DNA of 64,000 nucleotides from Planctomycetota bacterium (GTDB lineage Bacteria; Planctomycetota; Phycisphaerae; Phycisphaerales; UBA5793), in NCBI GenBank assembly GCA_963205185.1, contig CAUJHZ010000018.1, positions 27,665 to 91,664 of the forward strand, read 5' to 3'. The translations under genes and the position numbers were made by a program. The notes under the pieces are model-generated. The model saw only the letters and a program-made list of their open reading frames with translations. It did not search any database and had not been told where the DNA came from. Positions 8,775 through 18,575 of the stretch are shown one piece after another (positions within the stretch are counted from its first letter, which is position 1; each line of letters starts with the position of its first letter).

Positions 8775-10432
8775 CAGAAGGGAATGTCCTCTTCCGGGAT
8801 CGCGGGTTCACGCGGCCGCTCGGGTTGGCCGTCGAGCTCGTAGGCGATGATGCGCGGGTACTGCTCGCCCGCGACGCGTCGAACCGTGATCGAGAGCGTC
8901 GGCGCCAGGATGCCGGCGTTGGCCAAGTCGACCGCCTCCTGGCTGTCCTCGGGCATGGGGTGATCGGTGCGCTTCGCCCACCATTGACGCGCCTTCTGAT
9001 AGGCGAAGGCGCTGTGCACGTGCTCGAAGCAGATCCACTCGGACTGGTAGTCAGAGAGACCGAGCTGGTAATCGACGCGCATGGTGCGCGGCGCACCGGG
9101 CTCGGCGTCGCGCTTGGTGTGGACGCTGTAGAACACGTCCTGCACGCGATGGACACTCGTCGTGACCTGGCCCGAGAGGATGCCCGCGTCCGAGGCGCTC
9201 GGATCGTGCCGGGTCCGCTCGGGCGGGGGAAATTCGTGACCACACTGCGGACAGCGCGCGTAGGCGGCGTGGATGAGCGCCCGGCACTGGGGGCACTCCT
9301 TGGCGGGCGCTTCGCCGCCGCGGGCCGAGTTGGGATCGCTGATGCGGATCTGATCGACGTGCCCGTGGCGCAGGACGTTGCCGCCAAAGTCGAGAACAAG
9401 GCAGTCGCTCTTGCCCGGATGGAGACGGAAGCCCCGACCGACCATCTGGTAATAGAGCCCGGGCGACATTGTCGGCCGCACCAGCGCCACGCAGTCGACG
9501 TTGGGCGCATCAAAACCGGTCGTCAAGACATTCACGTTGCAGAGGTACTTCAGGTCGCCGGCGCGGAATCGATCCAGCAGACGATCGCGCTCGCCAGACG
9601 GCGCGTCGCCGGTAATAAAGCCACACTCCAAGCCGTGCGCCTCGCGGAAACGGCGCACGATGTGCTCGCCATGTCTGACGCCTGAGGCGAAAACTAGAAC
9701 TGATCGGCGATCGACGGTCTGCTCGACGATTTCGGCGCACGCGGCATGGACGAGGCGTTCCTCGTCCATCAGGTTCTCGACTTCACCCGCAACGAACTCC
9801 CCGCCGCGAACGTGAAGCCCTTCGAAATCCACTCGCTCCGCCCCGGCCTTGGTGCGAAGCGGACACAGGAAACCCTGGACGATGAGCTCGCGCACACCGA
9901 TCTCGTAGCAGATCTCGTTGAGGATGTTCTCAGGCGAACAGATCGACCCCGACTTCATCCGAAACGGCGTCGCCGTCAGCCCGATGACGCGCACATTCGG
10001 GTTGACAACCTTCGCGTCGTTGAGGAACTGCCGGTACATCCCTTCCCCGTCGGGCGGAATGAGATGGGCTTCGTCGACGATGACCAGGTCCACCGGCCCC
10101 AGATCGCAGGCCTTCTGGTAGATCGACTGGATGCCGGCGATGGTCACGGCGTAGCCGAGGTCTCGTCGCTTGAGTCCGGCAGAGTAGATTCCCACCGGCA
10201 CGTCGGGCGCGATGGCGCGCAACTTTTCCGCGGCCTGCTCGAGCAATTCCTTGACATGCGCGAGGATGACCACGCGCCCGTTCCACAGACTCACGGCGTC
10301 GCGGCAGATCGTGGCAAGCAGTGGGGTTTTCCCGGCTGCTGTCGGAAGCACGACGCACGGGTTCGTGTCGCGCTCGCGGAGGTGGCGGTAGACCGCCTCG
10401 ACCGCCTCGCGCTGGTACTCGCGCAGGATCAC
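8774..10432 (-). CDS. SF2 DEAD/DEAH-box DNA helicase with C-terminal zinc ribbon
   Basis: Walker A 'VLPTAAGKT', 'VIVDEAHLI', 'CPQCRALIHAAYARCPQCG'; start overlaps the upstream stop. Confidence 0.85.
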   Translation of the reverse strand: MILREYQREAVEAVYRHLRERDTNPCVVLPTAAGKTPLLATICRDAVSLWNGRVVILAHVKELLEQAAEKLRAIAPDVPVGIYSAGLKRRDLGYAVTIAGIQSIYQKACDLGPVDLVIVDEAHLIPPDGEGMYRQFLNDAKVVNPNVRVIGLTATPFRMKSGSICSPENILNEICYEIGVRELIVQGFLCPLRTKAGAERVDFEGLHVRGGEFVAGEVENLMDEERLVHAACAEIVEQTVDRRSVLVFASGVRHGEHIVRRFREAHGLECGFITGDAPSGERDRLLDRFRAGDLKYLCNVNVLTTGFDAPNVDCVALVRPTMSPGLYYQMVGRGFRLHPGKSDCLVLDFGGNVLRHGHVDQIRISDPNSARGGEAPAKECPQCRALIHAAYARCPQCGHEFPPPERTRHDPSASDAGILSGQVTTSVHRVQDVFYSVHTKRDAEPGAPRTMRVDYQLGLSDYQSEWICFEHVHSAFAYQKARQWWAKRTDHPMPEDSQEAVDLANAGILAPTLSITVRRVAGEQYPRIIAYELDGQPERPREPAIPEEDIPF

Positions 10433-11211
10433 GCCGCCACCTCGGTGCCGTCAGGCAGGATGCACCGGTCGTGCATGATGGGAACGGTGTAAAGGGTGTC
10501 GCTGCGCCTGCCGAGGTAGCCGATGATGAAAGCGTTGACCCACTCGACAGGCCGGCCGGTGCCGTAGAGCGGCACTGGCTTGCACAGGCACCCGGCGCTT
10601 CGCGCTTCGATGATGCGGCCTGTCGACCAGATGTTCTGCGTCATGTGGGCGTCGGCCCGGTGGGTATGACCGTGGATCACGGTCCGGCCCTGGCTGATCT
10701 GCAGGTGGGCCCGAGTCGCCTCCTTGGCGTGCGACCAGCCGTGCACGGCGATGATCCGCGAGTTGATGGCGTAGTGCGGATAGCGCCCGTCGGCTGAGCC
10801 GTAAGGCACGTAGCTGAAATGCGACCGCCCCTTGGAGAGTTGAATCCGCGGCGCCAGGAGCGAATACGCGCCTCGACCCTCCGCGGTCGCCGCGGCCCAG
10901 CGATCGAGGCGATACTCGTGATTGCCCTCGACCATGGCGAGGCGGCGGCAGCAGCGCTGCACGCGATCGAGCAGCGCGTTGGCGCGCTTGAGATCCTCGT
11001 TGTAGTCGCTCTCGGGCACTCCGTAGGTGGGGGGATGCACCGAGAACTGCCCGCAGTCGAGCAGGTCGCCGAGGCAGACGATCAGGTCAGGCTTGATGCG
11101 CTCAGCGGCGCGGCAGAAGACCTCGACGGCGCGAGGATTGTGATGCGGGATGTGCACATCGCCGAAGGCCAGCATGACCTTCGACTTGCGCCCTGATGCC
11201 CTGGCCATCAC
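10429..11211 (-). CDS. calcineurin-like metallophosphoesterase
   Basis: 'FGDVHIPHHN', 'CLGDLLD', 'VEGNHEY', 'IHGHTH'. Confidence 0.8.
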   Translation of the reverse strand: MMARASGRKSKVMLAFGDVHIPHHNPRAVEVFCRAAERIKPDLIVCLGDLLDCGQFSVHPPTYGVPESDYNEDLKRANALLDRVQRCCRRLAMVEGNHEYRLDRWAAATAEGRGAYSLLAPRIQLSKGRSHFSYVPYGSADGRYPHYAINSRIIAVHGWSHAKEATRAHLQISQGRTVIHGHTHRADAHMTQNIWSTGRIIEARSAGCLCKPVPLYGTGRPVEWVNAFIIGYLGRRSDTLYTVPIMHDRCILPDGTEVAA

Positions 11212-11867
11212 TCATCTCCCGCGACCATGGCACCCGTGCGCGCGTAGCCGGCGATGTCGACGAGGTTGTCGCGCTTGTGGCGGTGGGCTTCCCGCGCGAG
11301 CTTGACGGCGATCATGCACAGGGGCACATCGAGCGCCGTCAGCGGCTGGCGCAGCTTCGAGGCGAGCAGGCCGTTCCACATGACGGCGGTGCGCGTGAAG
11401 TCGTCGCGCGGATGGCCGTAGTCCTTCTGCCGCTCACCGCTCGTGACCCGCGCGGCCTCGTCGAGGATGGTGGGGGGTGGCGCATCTGGCTGGGCAATGC
11501 CGAGAGTGTGGAGCTGCACCCAGGGTGTGGGCGGCTGGCGGATCTCGGCGAGTGTTGCGACATCGAGAACCGGCAGGCGCAGTTCCCAGGCGATGATGTA
11601 CTCGAGCTTGGCGCCGCGCGATTGCCCCCAGCCTGGCAGCATCGCCAGGCCGTCGCAACGCAGCAGGAGTTCCATGTCGGCGCGCATGTACTCGGCGCGT
11701 TCACGATCGGTCTGCCCACCGAAGTTGCGGGCCGGGTTGAGCGGCTCGTACCCCGCTTGCCTGAGCCGCTCCTCCGCCGCGAAGAACGCAGGGAAGTTGT
11801 GCTCGGGCATTCCCGTCATCGGGCCTGAGATGTAGAGGCGCCTGGGCCGGTCGTTCATGTGGTCCAT
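11208..11867 (-). CDS. DUF4406-like (nucleoside 2-deoxyribosyltransferase-like) domain fused to a phage C-terminal domain
   Basis: 'LYISGPMTGMPEHNFPAFFAAEERLRQAGYEPLNPA'; C-terminus 'ERQKDYGHPRDDFTRTAVMWNGLL'. Family names are from memory. Confidence 0.55.
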   Translation of the reverse strand: MDHMNDRPRRLYISGPMTGMPEHNFPAFFAAEERLRQAGYEPLNPARNFGGQTDRERAEYMRADMELLLRCDGLAMLPGWGQSRGAKLEYIIAWELRLPVLDVATLAEIRQPPTPWVQLHTLGIAQPDAPPPTILDEAARVTSGERQKDYGHPRDDFTRTAVMWNGLLASKLRQPLTALDVPLCMIAVKLAREAHRHKRDNLVDIAGYARTGAMVAGDE

Positions 11868-12253
11868 TGCGGAACGCTCCGTGTCACGGGACCGATGCGG
11901 ACTGTGACGCGGCCTCTGGGAGTGACCACCCCGCGCCAGATCTCGAGGCGATCGATCTGCGAATCGTCGTGGTACGCGCCTCCATGCGCGAGCGAATCAA
12001 GGGTGCATTTGAGTAAGTTGTCGAGATCTCTTCGGCGACGATCGGGTGGAGATGCGATGATCGAAACGTCAAGACGGCCATCCTGCGCCCGGGCGCCCGC
12101 CGCCGCAAGAGCCGAGACCACCGTTTCGCGGTAGGCCCGACCCTCGCGACTGATGAGCACGCGGCATCCGTGCCTCGTGCTCACCATGCGCCAGTAGTGA
12201 TTGACGCTCGGCGGGAAGGGCAGCAGGAAGACCTGCTCGCTCAGCGCTTCCAC
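11855..12253 (-). CDS. rusA: RusA-family Holliday junction resolvase
   Basis: 'LPFPPSVNHYW', 'RRRDLDNLLKCTLDSL'; 132 aa. Confidence 0.8.
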   Translation of the reverse strand: MEALSEQVFLLPFPPSVNHYWRMVSTRHGCRVLISREGRAYRETVVSALAAAGARAQDGRLDVSIIASPPDRRRRDLDNLLKCTLDSLAHGGAYHDDSQIDRLEIWRGVVTPRGRVTVRIGPVTRSVPQWTT

Positions 12254-12717
12254 GGCGGCGTGCTCGCCGAGGCGCTCGCAGTGGCGGGCGCAGGTCGTTC
12301 GGCGCTGGCAGCGGACTTCTTCTCGTAGCCCTTGATCTCGTTGGTGATCTCTTCGCCGCCAGGCACGTCGTCGCGCTTCTTGCAGCTGACCTTGATGACC
12401 AGCGGGAGGTTGTGAAGCTCGACTGAGTCAGTGGGCGACATCACGCCGACGGCGCGGCAGATGGCCGAGAGCTCAGCGCGGGCAATTCTGACCGCCAGCG
12501 CGTTGGCGTTGTCGAGGTTGAGCCGGGCCCAGAGCAGGCGACCCTTGTAGGGGCCGTCGATGATCTGGAAGGTGAGCTGGAGGTAGCTGCCCCCGCCCGA
12601 CTTGGTCGGCTTCATCTCCGAGTCGGTGATGAGCGCCAGGTACTTGCCGGCGGGGACGGGATCAAATCCCACTGCCGGATCGACGTCTGCGGCGTTGAAT
12701 CCGTTCAGGTCAGCCAT
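12241..12717 (-). CDS. DUF669-like phage protein (ssDNA-binding candidate)
   Basis: Starts at internal 'MADLNGFNAADVDP' of the longer ORF; 'KYLALITDSEMKPTKSGGGSYLQLTFQIIDGPYKGR'. The upstream part of the ORF is R/S/T-rich shadow. Confidence 0.6.
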   Translation of the reverse strand: MADLNGFNAADVDPAVGFDPVPAGKYLALITDSEMKPTKSGGGSYLQLTFQIIDGPYKGRLLWARLNLDNANALAVRIARAELSAICRAVGVMSPTDSVELHNLPLVIKVSCKKRDDVPGGEEITNEIKGYEKKSAASAERPAPATASASASTPPWKR

Positions 12718-13522
12718 TGGCGTTCGCTCCTTGGGCGGCCGTGGTGGTCGGTGCGTTGATTGCTGTCTGAGGTTGTGCGCCGGGCAGGAATGCCGCATAC
12801 TCGCGGTAGTCCAGCGGCAGCTCGTCGGGCAGGTTGAGGCGATTCTTGGCCACGTGCGCCGGGCGCTCGGTGGTGCGGATGATGCGCTCGCCGCTGCCGA
12901 TGCCCTTGGCGACCTTGCGATCAAACCCTTCATCCACCTGGCGCGTGTGGACGCGGTAGGTCGCGAAGAGAACCTCGTCGCACCATTCCTGGATGATCGC
13001 GGACGCGAGCTTGTGCAAGCGCGGCGAATAGCGGTCGTAGGAGTCCGTCTCGGGGTTCTCGAACTTCTCGATCTTGGCGTGGGCGATGAGCACGATCTGC
13101 ATGCCGCGGCCATTGACGGGATCGCGGAGGGCGCTGAGCCCGTCGAGCACTTCGCGCCACTGGGTTAGCGCGAAGGCGTAGCCCTTGGCGTAGCCGATGT
13201 CCTCGATGGACTGCACGCCGCGCTTGCGGCACACCTCGGCCCAGATGAGCCGTTCGAGCCAGTCGAGGGAGTCGATGACGACTGTCTTGTAGTCGTGTTC
13301 CTCGGTGTAGAGGGCGCCGAGAGCGTCGATGACCTGCGCGTAGTTTTCGGCGAGTGGGAAGCGATCGCAATCGATCTCGCCGAGTCCGTCCTCGGTCTGG
13401 ATGAAGACGGGCTTCTCGGCCATGGAGCCGAAGGTGCTCTTGCCGATGCCGTGGGTGCCGTAGAGCATGATGCGCCGCGGGGCCACGGCGCGGCCGCTTT
13501 GAACCTGGGCGAGAAGTGTCAT
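12710..13522 (-). CDS. AAA_24 / Sak4-like RecA-fold ATPase
   Basis: Walker A 'LYGTHGIGKSTF', Walker B 'VVIDSLDWLE'; ATG at 13522. Confidence 0.75.
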   Translation of the reverse strand: MTLLAQVQSGRAVAPRRIMLYGTHGIGKSTFGSMAEKPVFIQTEDGLGEIDCDRFPLAENYAQVIDALGALYTEEHDYKTVVIDSLDWLERLIWAEVCRKRGVQSIEDIGYAKGYAFALTQWREVLDGLSALRDPVNGRGMQIVLIAHAKIEKFENPETDSYDRYSPRLHKLASAIIQEWCDEVLFATYRVHTRQVDEGFDRKVAKGIGSGERIIRTTERPAHVAKNRLNLPDELPLDYREYAAFLPGAQPQTAINAPTTTAAQGANANG

Positions 13523-13634
13523 GTGGAGGGAGGTCCTTCCGCTGGGCGTGTGGTTCGATGGGAGGATGTGGGAATCGACCGGCCGCGAGACGGTCGCCAC
13601 GGACTACATACGCAAGTGGAACCCGGGCGCTTGC

Positions 13635-14198
13635 TCAGCCGTCCGTGATACCGGACTCCTCGAAATACAGGCGGATCTCGCACATGAGCTCTTCAAGACG
13701 GCTGCGTGGGACGCCGAGGACTCGTGCCGCCTGGCGCGGCGGGTGGGAGGCCAGCACCTGGGCCACACGCTGCAACCGGCGGGGCATGCGCTCCACGGCG
13801 GTATCCACGTCGAGACGCACGTCGATGTGCACGGTTGCATGGATCGACGCACGGCCAAGGCGGCGGCGCTGCCGCTCCTCGTCGAAGGCCGGGTGGTCGA
13901 GACGAATCTCGTCGACGGACTGCTGGACACGTTGGCTGTCGCGCTTCTGGGCCGTCTGGTAGCGGATGAGGGATCTGATCTTGCGATCGAGCACGCGGCA
14001 GATGAAGGTCTTGCGACTGCCGCGTGTAGGATCGAAGAACGGCATCGCCTCGAGAAGATCGAGGATCAGTTCTTGAGTGAGATCGTCACGGTCGGACGTG
14101 GTGTAACCGAACTTGCCGATCACGTGCTCGACGCGATAGCGGATGCGATCGAGGGCGTAGTCGTCGATGGGATTGGCCGGGGCTGCATTGGATGGCAT
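13635..14198 (-). CDS. sigma-70 family (ECF-like) sigma factor
   Basis: Region 2-like 'DDLTQELILDLLEAMPFFDP..TFICRVLDRKIRSLIRY'; region 4-like 'RRLQRVAQVLASHPPRQAARVLGVPRSRLEELM'. ATG at 14198 preceded by AGGAGA. Confidence 0.65.
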   Translation of the reverse strand: MPSNAAPANPIDDYALDRIRYRVEHVIGKFGYTTSDRDDLTQELILDLLEAMPFFDPTRGSRKTFICRVLDRKIRSLIRYQTAQKRDSQRVQQSVDEIRLDHPAFDEERQRRRLGRASIHATVHIDVRLDVDTAVERMPRRLQRVAQVLASHPPRQAARVLGVPRSRLEELMCEIRLYFEESGITDG

Positions 14199-14427
14199 GG
14201 GCTTCTCCTGGCCGGCTCCAGGAGAAGCGCTGTGGATGCCGAGACGCGGATGGGCGCATGAACGAAGCCACACGTGGTGTGCTGTGCGATGCCCGTTGTG
14301 CTCGAAATCTCTGGAGATTCCGAGCGAATCGGCACCCACAACGACTTCCACTGTGTGGCCGGCGCGTTGTCTGGTGTACTGGAATGAAGTGCATGGTTTG
14401 ATGTCGTGCGGGGGCCCGGCCCGAATC

Positions 14428-14766
14428 TCAGGCGATCATTCCTCCAACGCCTGACTCGATGACCATTCGGAACGGCAGGCCGTGCTTGACCTCGAGGCGC
14501 TCGATGCGGCCATCGCCCATTTCGTCGAACTGGGCGAAGAGCGCGATGACCTGGGCCTTGAGCGCGAAGTCGTCGGCATTCATTGATGGGCAGGCGGACT
14601 CGCCGCCGAGCTTCACTTCGCGGATGATGCGTGGAGCGGGGCGCAGCACAGGCTCGCCCGCCAGCACGATCAGTCCCTCGATCGTGCCGAACCCGACCTC
14701 GCGCATTAGATTAACTAGTCTCTGTCGCTGTCGGGACAGAGCCGAACGGGCGATGGCGATGGTCAT
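14428..14766 (-). CDS. hypothetical protein co-translated with the excisionase-like gene
   Basis: ATGA start/stop overlap with 14763..14966; 112 aa; C-terminal part of a spurious 320-aa ORF. Confidence 0.45.
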   Translation of the reverse strand: MTIAIARSALSRQRQRLVNLMREVGFGTIEGLIVLAGEPVLRPAPRIIREVKLGGESACPSMNADDFALKAQVIALFAQFDEMGDGRIERLEVKHGLPFRMVIESGVGGMIA

Positions 14767-14966
14767 CGCACCGCCTCCTCGCGGATATGGCTGTACCGGC
14801 AGGTCTGAACGAAGGCATCGACGTCGCCGGCGGGGATCCGCCACTGCCGCCCCGTCCGGAACGCGTTCGGAAACCGCCCCGTAGCGAGAAGGCGGCCGAC
14901 GGTGTTGCGATGGAGGCGGAGTCGGGCTTCCACCTCCTTCTTGGTCAGGTACTCCTGAGGCGGCAT
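14763..14966 (-). CDS. excisionase-family / MerR-like HTH protein in the Cro/Xis position
   Basis: 'YLTKKEVEARLRLHRNTVGRLLATGRFPNAFRTGRQWRIPAGDVDAF'. Confidence 0.7.
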   Translation of the reverse strand: MPPQEYLTKKEVEARLRLHRNTVGRLLATGRFPNAFRTGRQWRIPAGDVDAFVQTCRYSHIREEAVR

Positions 14967-15112
14967 GATCAGATTCTCCCGGCGGCCACTTGTTTGGTAT
15001 CCGTTTGGCTGCTATCCTACCGCCAGAAGCAGCCAATGCCAGCCTCGAAATACGCAATTTGCTGAAATTGTGCAACGGTGTGCGAAGAGGTGCACAGAAA
15101 AGGAACAGCGAA
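14967..15112. promoter_or_regulatory. divergent promoter/operator region of the lysogeny switch
   Basis: 146-bp gap between divergent HTH genes. Short inverted TGTGCA..TGCACA at about 15070-15096. No operator defined. Confidence 0.35.
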
Positions 15113-15781
15113 ATGACAGCCATCGGCGAGGCCATCAAACGACTGCGCGAGGAGCGGGGCTGGACCCAGTCTGAACTCGGCGGCAAGGTCGGGCTCGACG
15201 GCACGAGCATCGCTCGGCGCGAGAACGGTAAAACTCGCGTCAAGCCGAACGAGAGACCTCGGTTCGCACAGGCCTTCGAGTTGTCGCTCGTCCAGTTCGA
15301 CGAGCAGTGGCGTGAGTGGACTGTGCCCCGCTCACGCGGAGCCCCCGGGATTCCCGTGATCAATCGGGCGCCGGCCGGCCAGATCCTCAACTACGAGGAG
15401 TACGGGATCGACTCTGGCCAGGGCTACGAGTACCTCGACCTTGGCGACATCAACGATCAGCTCGCGTTTGCCGTCGTCGTGGTCGGGGATTCGATGGAGC
15501 CCACGCTCTCCAATGGGGACTATCTCGTGCTTAGCCCGCTCGACCCGTACAAGCCGCACGAGGATCGGCTCGAGAGCGGAGCGATCGTGTTCGTGCGATT
15601 CACAATCGGGTACAATGATGGCGGCTGCACTCTGGCCCGGTTCTTCCCCGGCGAAGATCGGCAGATCCGACTCCAGAAGGACAATCCGCAGTACGCGCCG
15701 ATCGTCTGCCATCGCGAAGACGTCCAGTCGGTGGCGGTCGCGATCGAGCGCCGTGTGAAGTTGCAGAACGGACGCTGCTAG
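15113..15781 (+). CDS. CI/LexA-like repressor (XRE HTH + S24 peptidase)
   Basis: 'IKRLREERGWTQSELGGKVG'; S24 'VVVGDSMEPTLSNGDYLVL' with a downstream Lys ('RLQKDNP'). Confidence 0.85.
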   Translation: MTAIGEAIKRLREERGWTQSELGGKVGLDGTSIARRENGKTRVKPNERPRFAQAFELSLVQFDEQWREWTVPRSRGAPGIPVINRAPAGQILNYEEYGIDSGQGYEYLDLGDINDQLAFAVVVVGDSMEPTLSNGDYLVLSPLDPYKPHEDRLESGAIVFVRFTIGYNDGGCTLARFFPGEDRQIRLQKDNPQYAPIVCHREDVQSVAVAIERRVKLQNGRC

Positions 15782-15959
15782 TCGCGGGAAGGACGGGGCA
15801 CGTGCGATTGAAGAAGCGGACGGCATCGGGAGCGACGCGTGGCAAGTCGGCGCAGGAACTTGGATGGTTGTCTACCGGCGCGCCGTATTCTTATGCGGCG
15901 CAATTCGCGAACACGTCCACGAGACCGTACTTGAGACGGGGGCACCTGGCGTTAACATC

Positions 15960-16400
15960 TCAGTGCGCTGACCGTAGCTTCGCCCGGTGTTTGCTTCGCA
16001 GTACTCGCTCAAGCCTTCTCGGTACATTCCCATGTTTCAGCTCGCAGCCCCAGACTGTGTACACCGAGTATCCGCTACATCGCAGACTTCGAGCAACTCG
16101 GCGGTCGCGGCGCCGATTGCCTTCAATCTTCCGCCGCCAGTAGGCGGCGTTTGTGCCCGGACATCGGCGCCCTTTCGGGCAGACATTATGGCCATGCCAA
16201 AAACAACCATGCACGAAAACCACGATTCGAAGGTGCGGCAGCACGAAGTCCGGGCAGCCGGGCGAGTCTGGTGCATTTCGTTCGAACAGGATGCTACGCG
16301 CCTGGAGCCATGCGGCAACAGATTGCTCGGGAGCCGTACCATATCGGCGCACGCGTTGCATGACGCGGCGACGTGACGCCTTGTCGAGGGTGTCTACCAT
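15960..16400 (-). CDS. vsr: very-short-patch repair endonuclease
   Basis: 'PDFVLPHLRIVVFVHGCFWHGH', 'NAAYWRRKIEGNRRRD', 'VWGCEL'; ATG at 16400. Confidence 0.85.
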   Translation of the reverse strand: MVDTLDKASRRRVMQRVRRYGTAPEQSVAAWLQARSILFERNAPDSPGCPDFVLPHLRIVVFVHGCFWHGHNVCPKGRRCPGTNAAYWRRKIEGNRRRDRRVARSLRCSGYSVYTVWGCELKHGNVPRRLERVLRSKHRAKLRSAH

Positions 16401-16469
16401 GGTTTTCGCCCACCAGCCGCGGTGACAAATCGCATCCCTTGTACATCGGAACAGTTTGGAGCAGACAAA

Positions 16470-18575
16470 ATGCAAAATGACGATCCGCTTCGCTTCCAGG
16501 TTGCACCTCACATTGTAGAGGATCTAGGCCTCAACCTCTACACGGATCTGCCCCGTGTGCTCGTCGAGTTCATCGCAAACGCGCACGACGCTGACTCGGC
16601 GTTCGTCGACATCCGAATGGATCTGGAGGCCATCAAGCGCGCGCGACAAGTCGTACGAAAGCAATTCGAGCTGGATCAAGCAAAGGCGAGTGCGGGTCCA
16701 CTTTCGCCGCTGGCTGGCCGCACGCTCCCAGAGGACATTTGTATCGTCGTCGAGGACGGGGGGTGCGGCATGTCGCGAGAGGATCTTCGGGACAAGTTCT
16801 TGGTAGCGGGCCGACGCCGACGACAGGAGGAGCCGGATACGAAGGGACGCACTCCGGCAAATCGTCCGTTGATGGGTAGGAAAGGACTCGGAAAGCTCGC
16901 CGGATTCGGCGTGGCCAAGATAATCGAAGTGGTCACGCGCAAAAAAGGAGAGTCTCACGCAACTCGCATAGTGCTCGACTACGACTCGCTCGTGAAAGAA
17001 CGCAACGTCCTCGACGCTGAAATCGAGGAAGAGCGCGACGACAATGGAGGCGGCCTCGCCGAACACGGCACACGAATCACCCTTTCTCGATTGCTTTATG
17101 ATCCAACAAAGAGCAGAGAGGAGACCATCGTCAACGAGATAGCCGAGCATTTTGAGTTCATTCGGCCTGAGGATTTTGAGGTTCGTCTCAACGGTGCCCA
17201 AATGAAGCCTCCGGTGCGAAACCACGCCTTCGCGTGGCCGCTGCCGGAGGTGGTCGCCGCAGCCGATCTTGTGGAAGCAAAGTTGCCGACTGAAGTTGGC
17301 GAGATTGCCTTTCGATACCGGATTCGGTTCACTCGCGAGAATGAAGCACTTCCGGCCTCGAAGAGAGGCGTCCGAATCTACACGCACAATCGTTTGGCGG
17401 CCGCCCCTTCGTTGCTCGATGCAGATACAAACATGCATGGCTTTCGTATGACCGACTACATGGACGGCGTCGTACAGGCCGATTTCATCGACGAGCAGGA
17501 TGCAGACTATGTGGCCACTGATCGTCAGTCGCTACGTTGGGAAACGCCGTTGCTCGCTCCGATGAAGGAGTTTCTCAGCGACCAGATCAAGAGGGCAAGC
17601 GCCGCTTACCAGAAACAACGAGAAGATGTCATGCCGGGCATCGTCAAGAAGGACGAATACACTGCGCGCGAAATCGAGTCTCGATCCCTGTCAAAGAAGG
17701 ACGGGCGCATGGCCCTGCGGTTCGCATCAGTGCTCGCGGCTTCGTGCAAACAAGGCGTGAACGACCCCGTCTACCAGACAAAGTTGCCGGTGATCGTCCG
17801 CAGCTTGGGGCACGGGAGCATCCTGACCGCGATCTCTGCACTCGCAGACCAAGACCATCCGGATCTTGGCCAAGTAGCTATCGAGATTGCAAAATTGACG
17901 CGAGACGAGCTCGACCAGTTTCTCGGGGCGGTTAGCGCGAGACTGAAAGCCATCGCCGCATTGAAAAAGATTGTAGAAGATGTCAACTTCAGAGCAAAGG
18001 AGAACGAGAAGGTGCTTCAGCGATTATTTGAGAAATCGCCTTGGCTCCTAGATCCGACCTTCTTTGAGTTCCTTACGGCGGATCAGCGAGTTGACTCGCT
18101 TTTCAGCCGCTTGGCAAAGGAACTCGGTGTAGGCGAACACGCACCGAAGGACTCCGCCCGAGACGGCCGCCGTCCCGATCTTGTCTTTCTGCTCGGCAAT
18201 TCCGGCCTGGGGCGATTGATTATTGTTGAACTTAAGTCTGCCAACACGCCGCTGAACAACGACCACCTATCGCAGCTGGAGTACTACATGGAACAGGCTG
18301 AAGCTTGGCTTAAGGACCATGAGCACGCAGATATGCGGATTGAGGGCCATCTGCTCGGATCGATGCCTGCAACGGACTCCAAGGCAGAGGGCGCGGTTGT
18401 ATTGCGAGGCCGAATACGGAAGGCAGGACCGGAAGCAAAGTGGCGGGTTCGGGATTACCTTCAAGTTTTGGAAGGGACGGAGTCCGCACACAAAGAGCTG
18501 TTGTCTATCCAGAGGTCGGCCGCCGCACGCGATGATGCCGAAGAGGTCGCAGTACCATCGAACCCGGTTAGTTGA
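16470..18575 (+). CDS. GHKL (HATPase_c-type) ATPase fused to a C-terminal PD-(D/E)xK (DUF4263/Shedu-like) nuclease domain
   Basis: N box 'EFIANAHDA', G1 'VVEDGGCGMS', G2 'GRKGLGKLAGFG'; C-terminus 'RRPDLVFLLGNSGLGRLIIVELKS'. ATG at 16470 preceded by GGAG. Confidence 0.7.
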   Translation: MQNDDPLRFQVAPHIVEDLGLNLYTDLPRVLVEFIANAHDADSAFVDIRMDLEAIKRARQVVRKQFELDQAKASAGPLSPLAGRTLPEDICIVVEDGGCGMSREDLRDKFLVAGRRRRQEEPDTKGRTPANRPLMGRKGLGKLAGFGVAKIIEVVTRKKGESHATRIVLDYDSLVKERNVLDAEIEEERDDNGGGLAEHGTRITLSRLLYDPTKSREETIVNEIAEHFEFIRPEDFEVRLNGAQMKPPVRNHAFAWPLPEVVAAADLVEAKLPTEVGEIAFRYRIRFTRENEALPASKRGVRIYTHNRLAAAPSLLDADTNMHGFRMTDYMDGVVQADFIDEQDADYVATDRQSLRWETPLLAPMKEFLSDQIKRASAAYQKQREDVMPGIVKKDEYTAREIESRSLSKKDGRMALRFASVLAASCKQGVNDPVYQTKLPVIVRSLGHGSILTAISALADQDHPDLGQVAIEIAKLTRDELDQFLGAVSARLKAIAALKKIVEDVNFRAKENEKVLQRLFEKSPWLLDPTFFEFLTADQRVDSLFSRLAKELGVGEHAPKDSARDGRRPDLVFLLGNSGLGRLIIVELKSANTPLNNDHLSQLEYYMEQAEAWLKDHEHADMRIEGHLLGSMPATDSKAEGAVVLRGRIRKAGPEAKWRVRDYLQVLEGTESAHKELLSIQRSAAARDDAEEVAVPSNPVS

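Larger units (their letters stand above)
1..15781. mobile_element. temperate-phage-like early/replication/lysogeny-control region (prophage or phage-derived element; left end not in window)
   Basis: Contiguous phage-type genes: ParB-MTase, prim-pol/helicase, SF2 helicase, RusA, DUF669-like, Sak4-like ATPase, sigma factor, excisionase-type HTH, XRE-S24 repressor. Many start/stop overlaps. Confidence 0.6.

Noticed and set aside
12718-13113. N-terminal extension of the DUF669-like ORF (290-aa version)
   Set aside because: The extension is R/S/T/P-rich and lies entirely inside the Sak4-like ATPase gene. The internal 'MADLNG' start gives a normal-sized protein.
14428-15390. 320-aa minus-strand ORF spanning the lysogeny switch
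   Set aside because: It runs through the excisionase-like gene in another frame, then through the divergent promoter and the 5' part of the repressor gene. Only its last 112 codons (14428-14766) fit the ATGA coupling and are kept.
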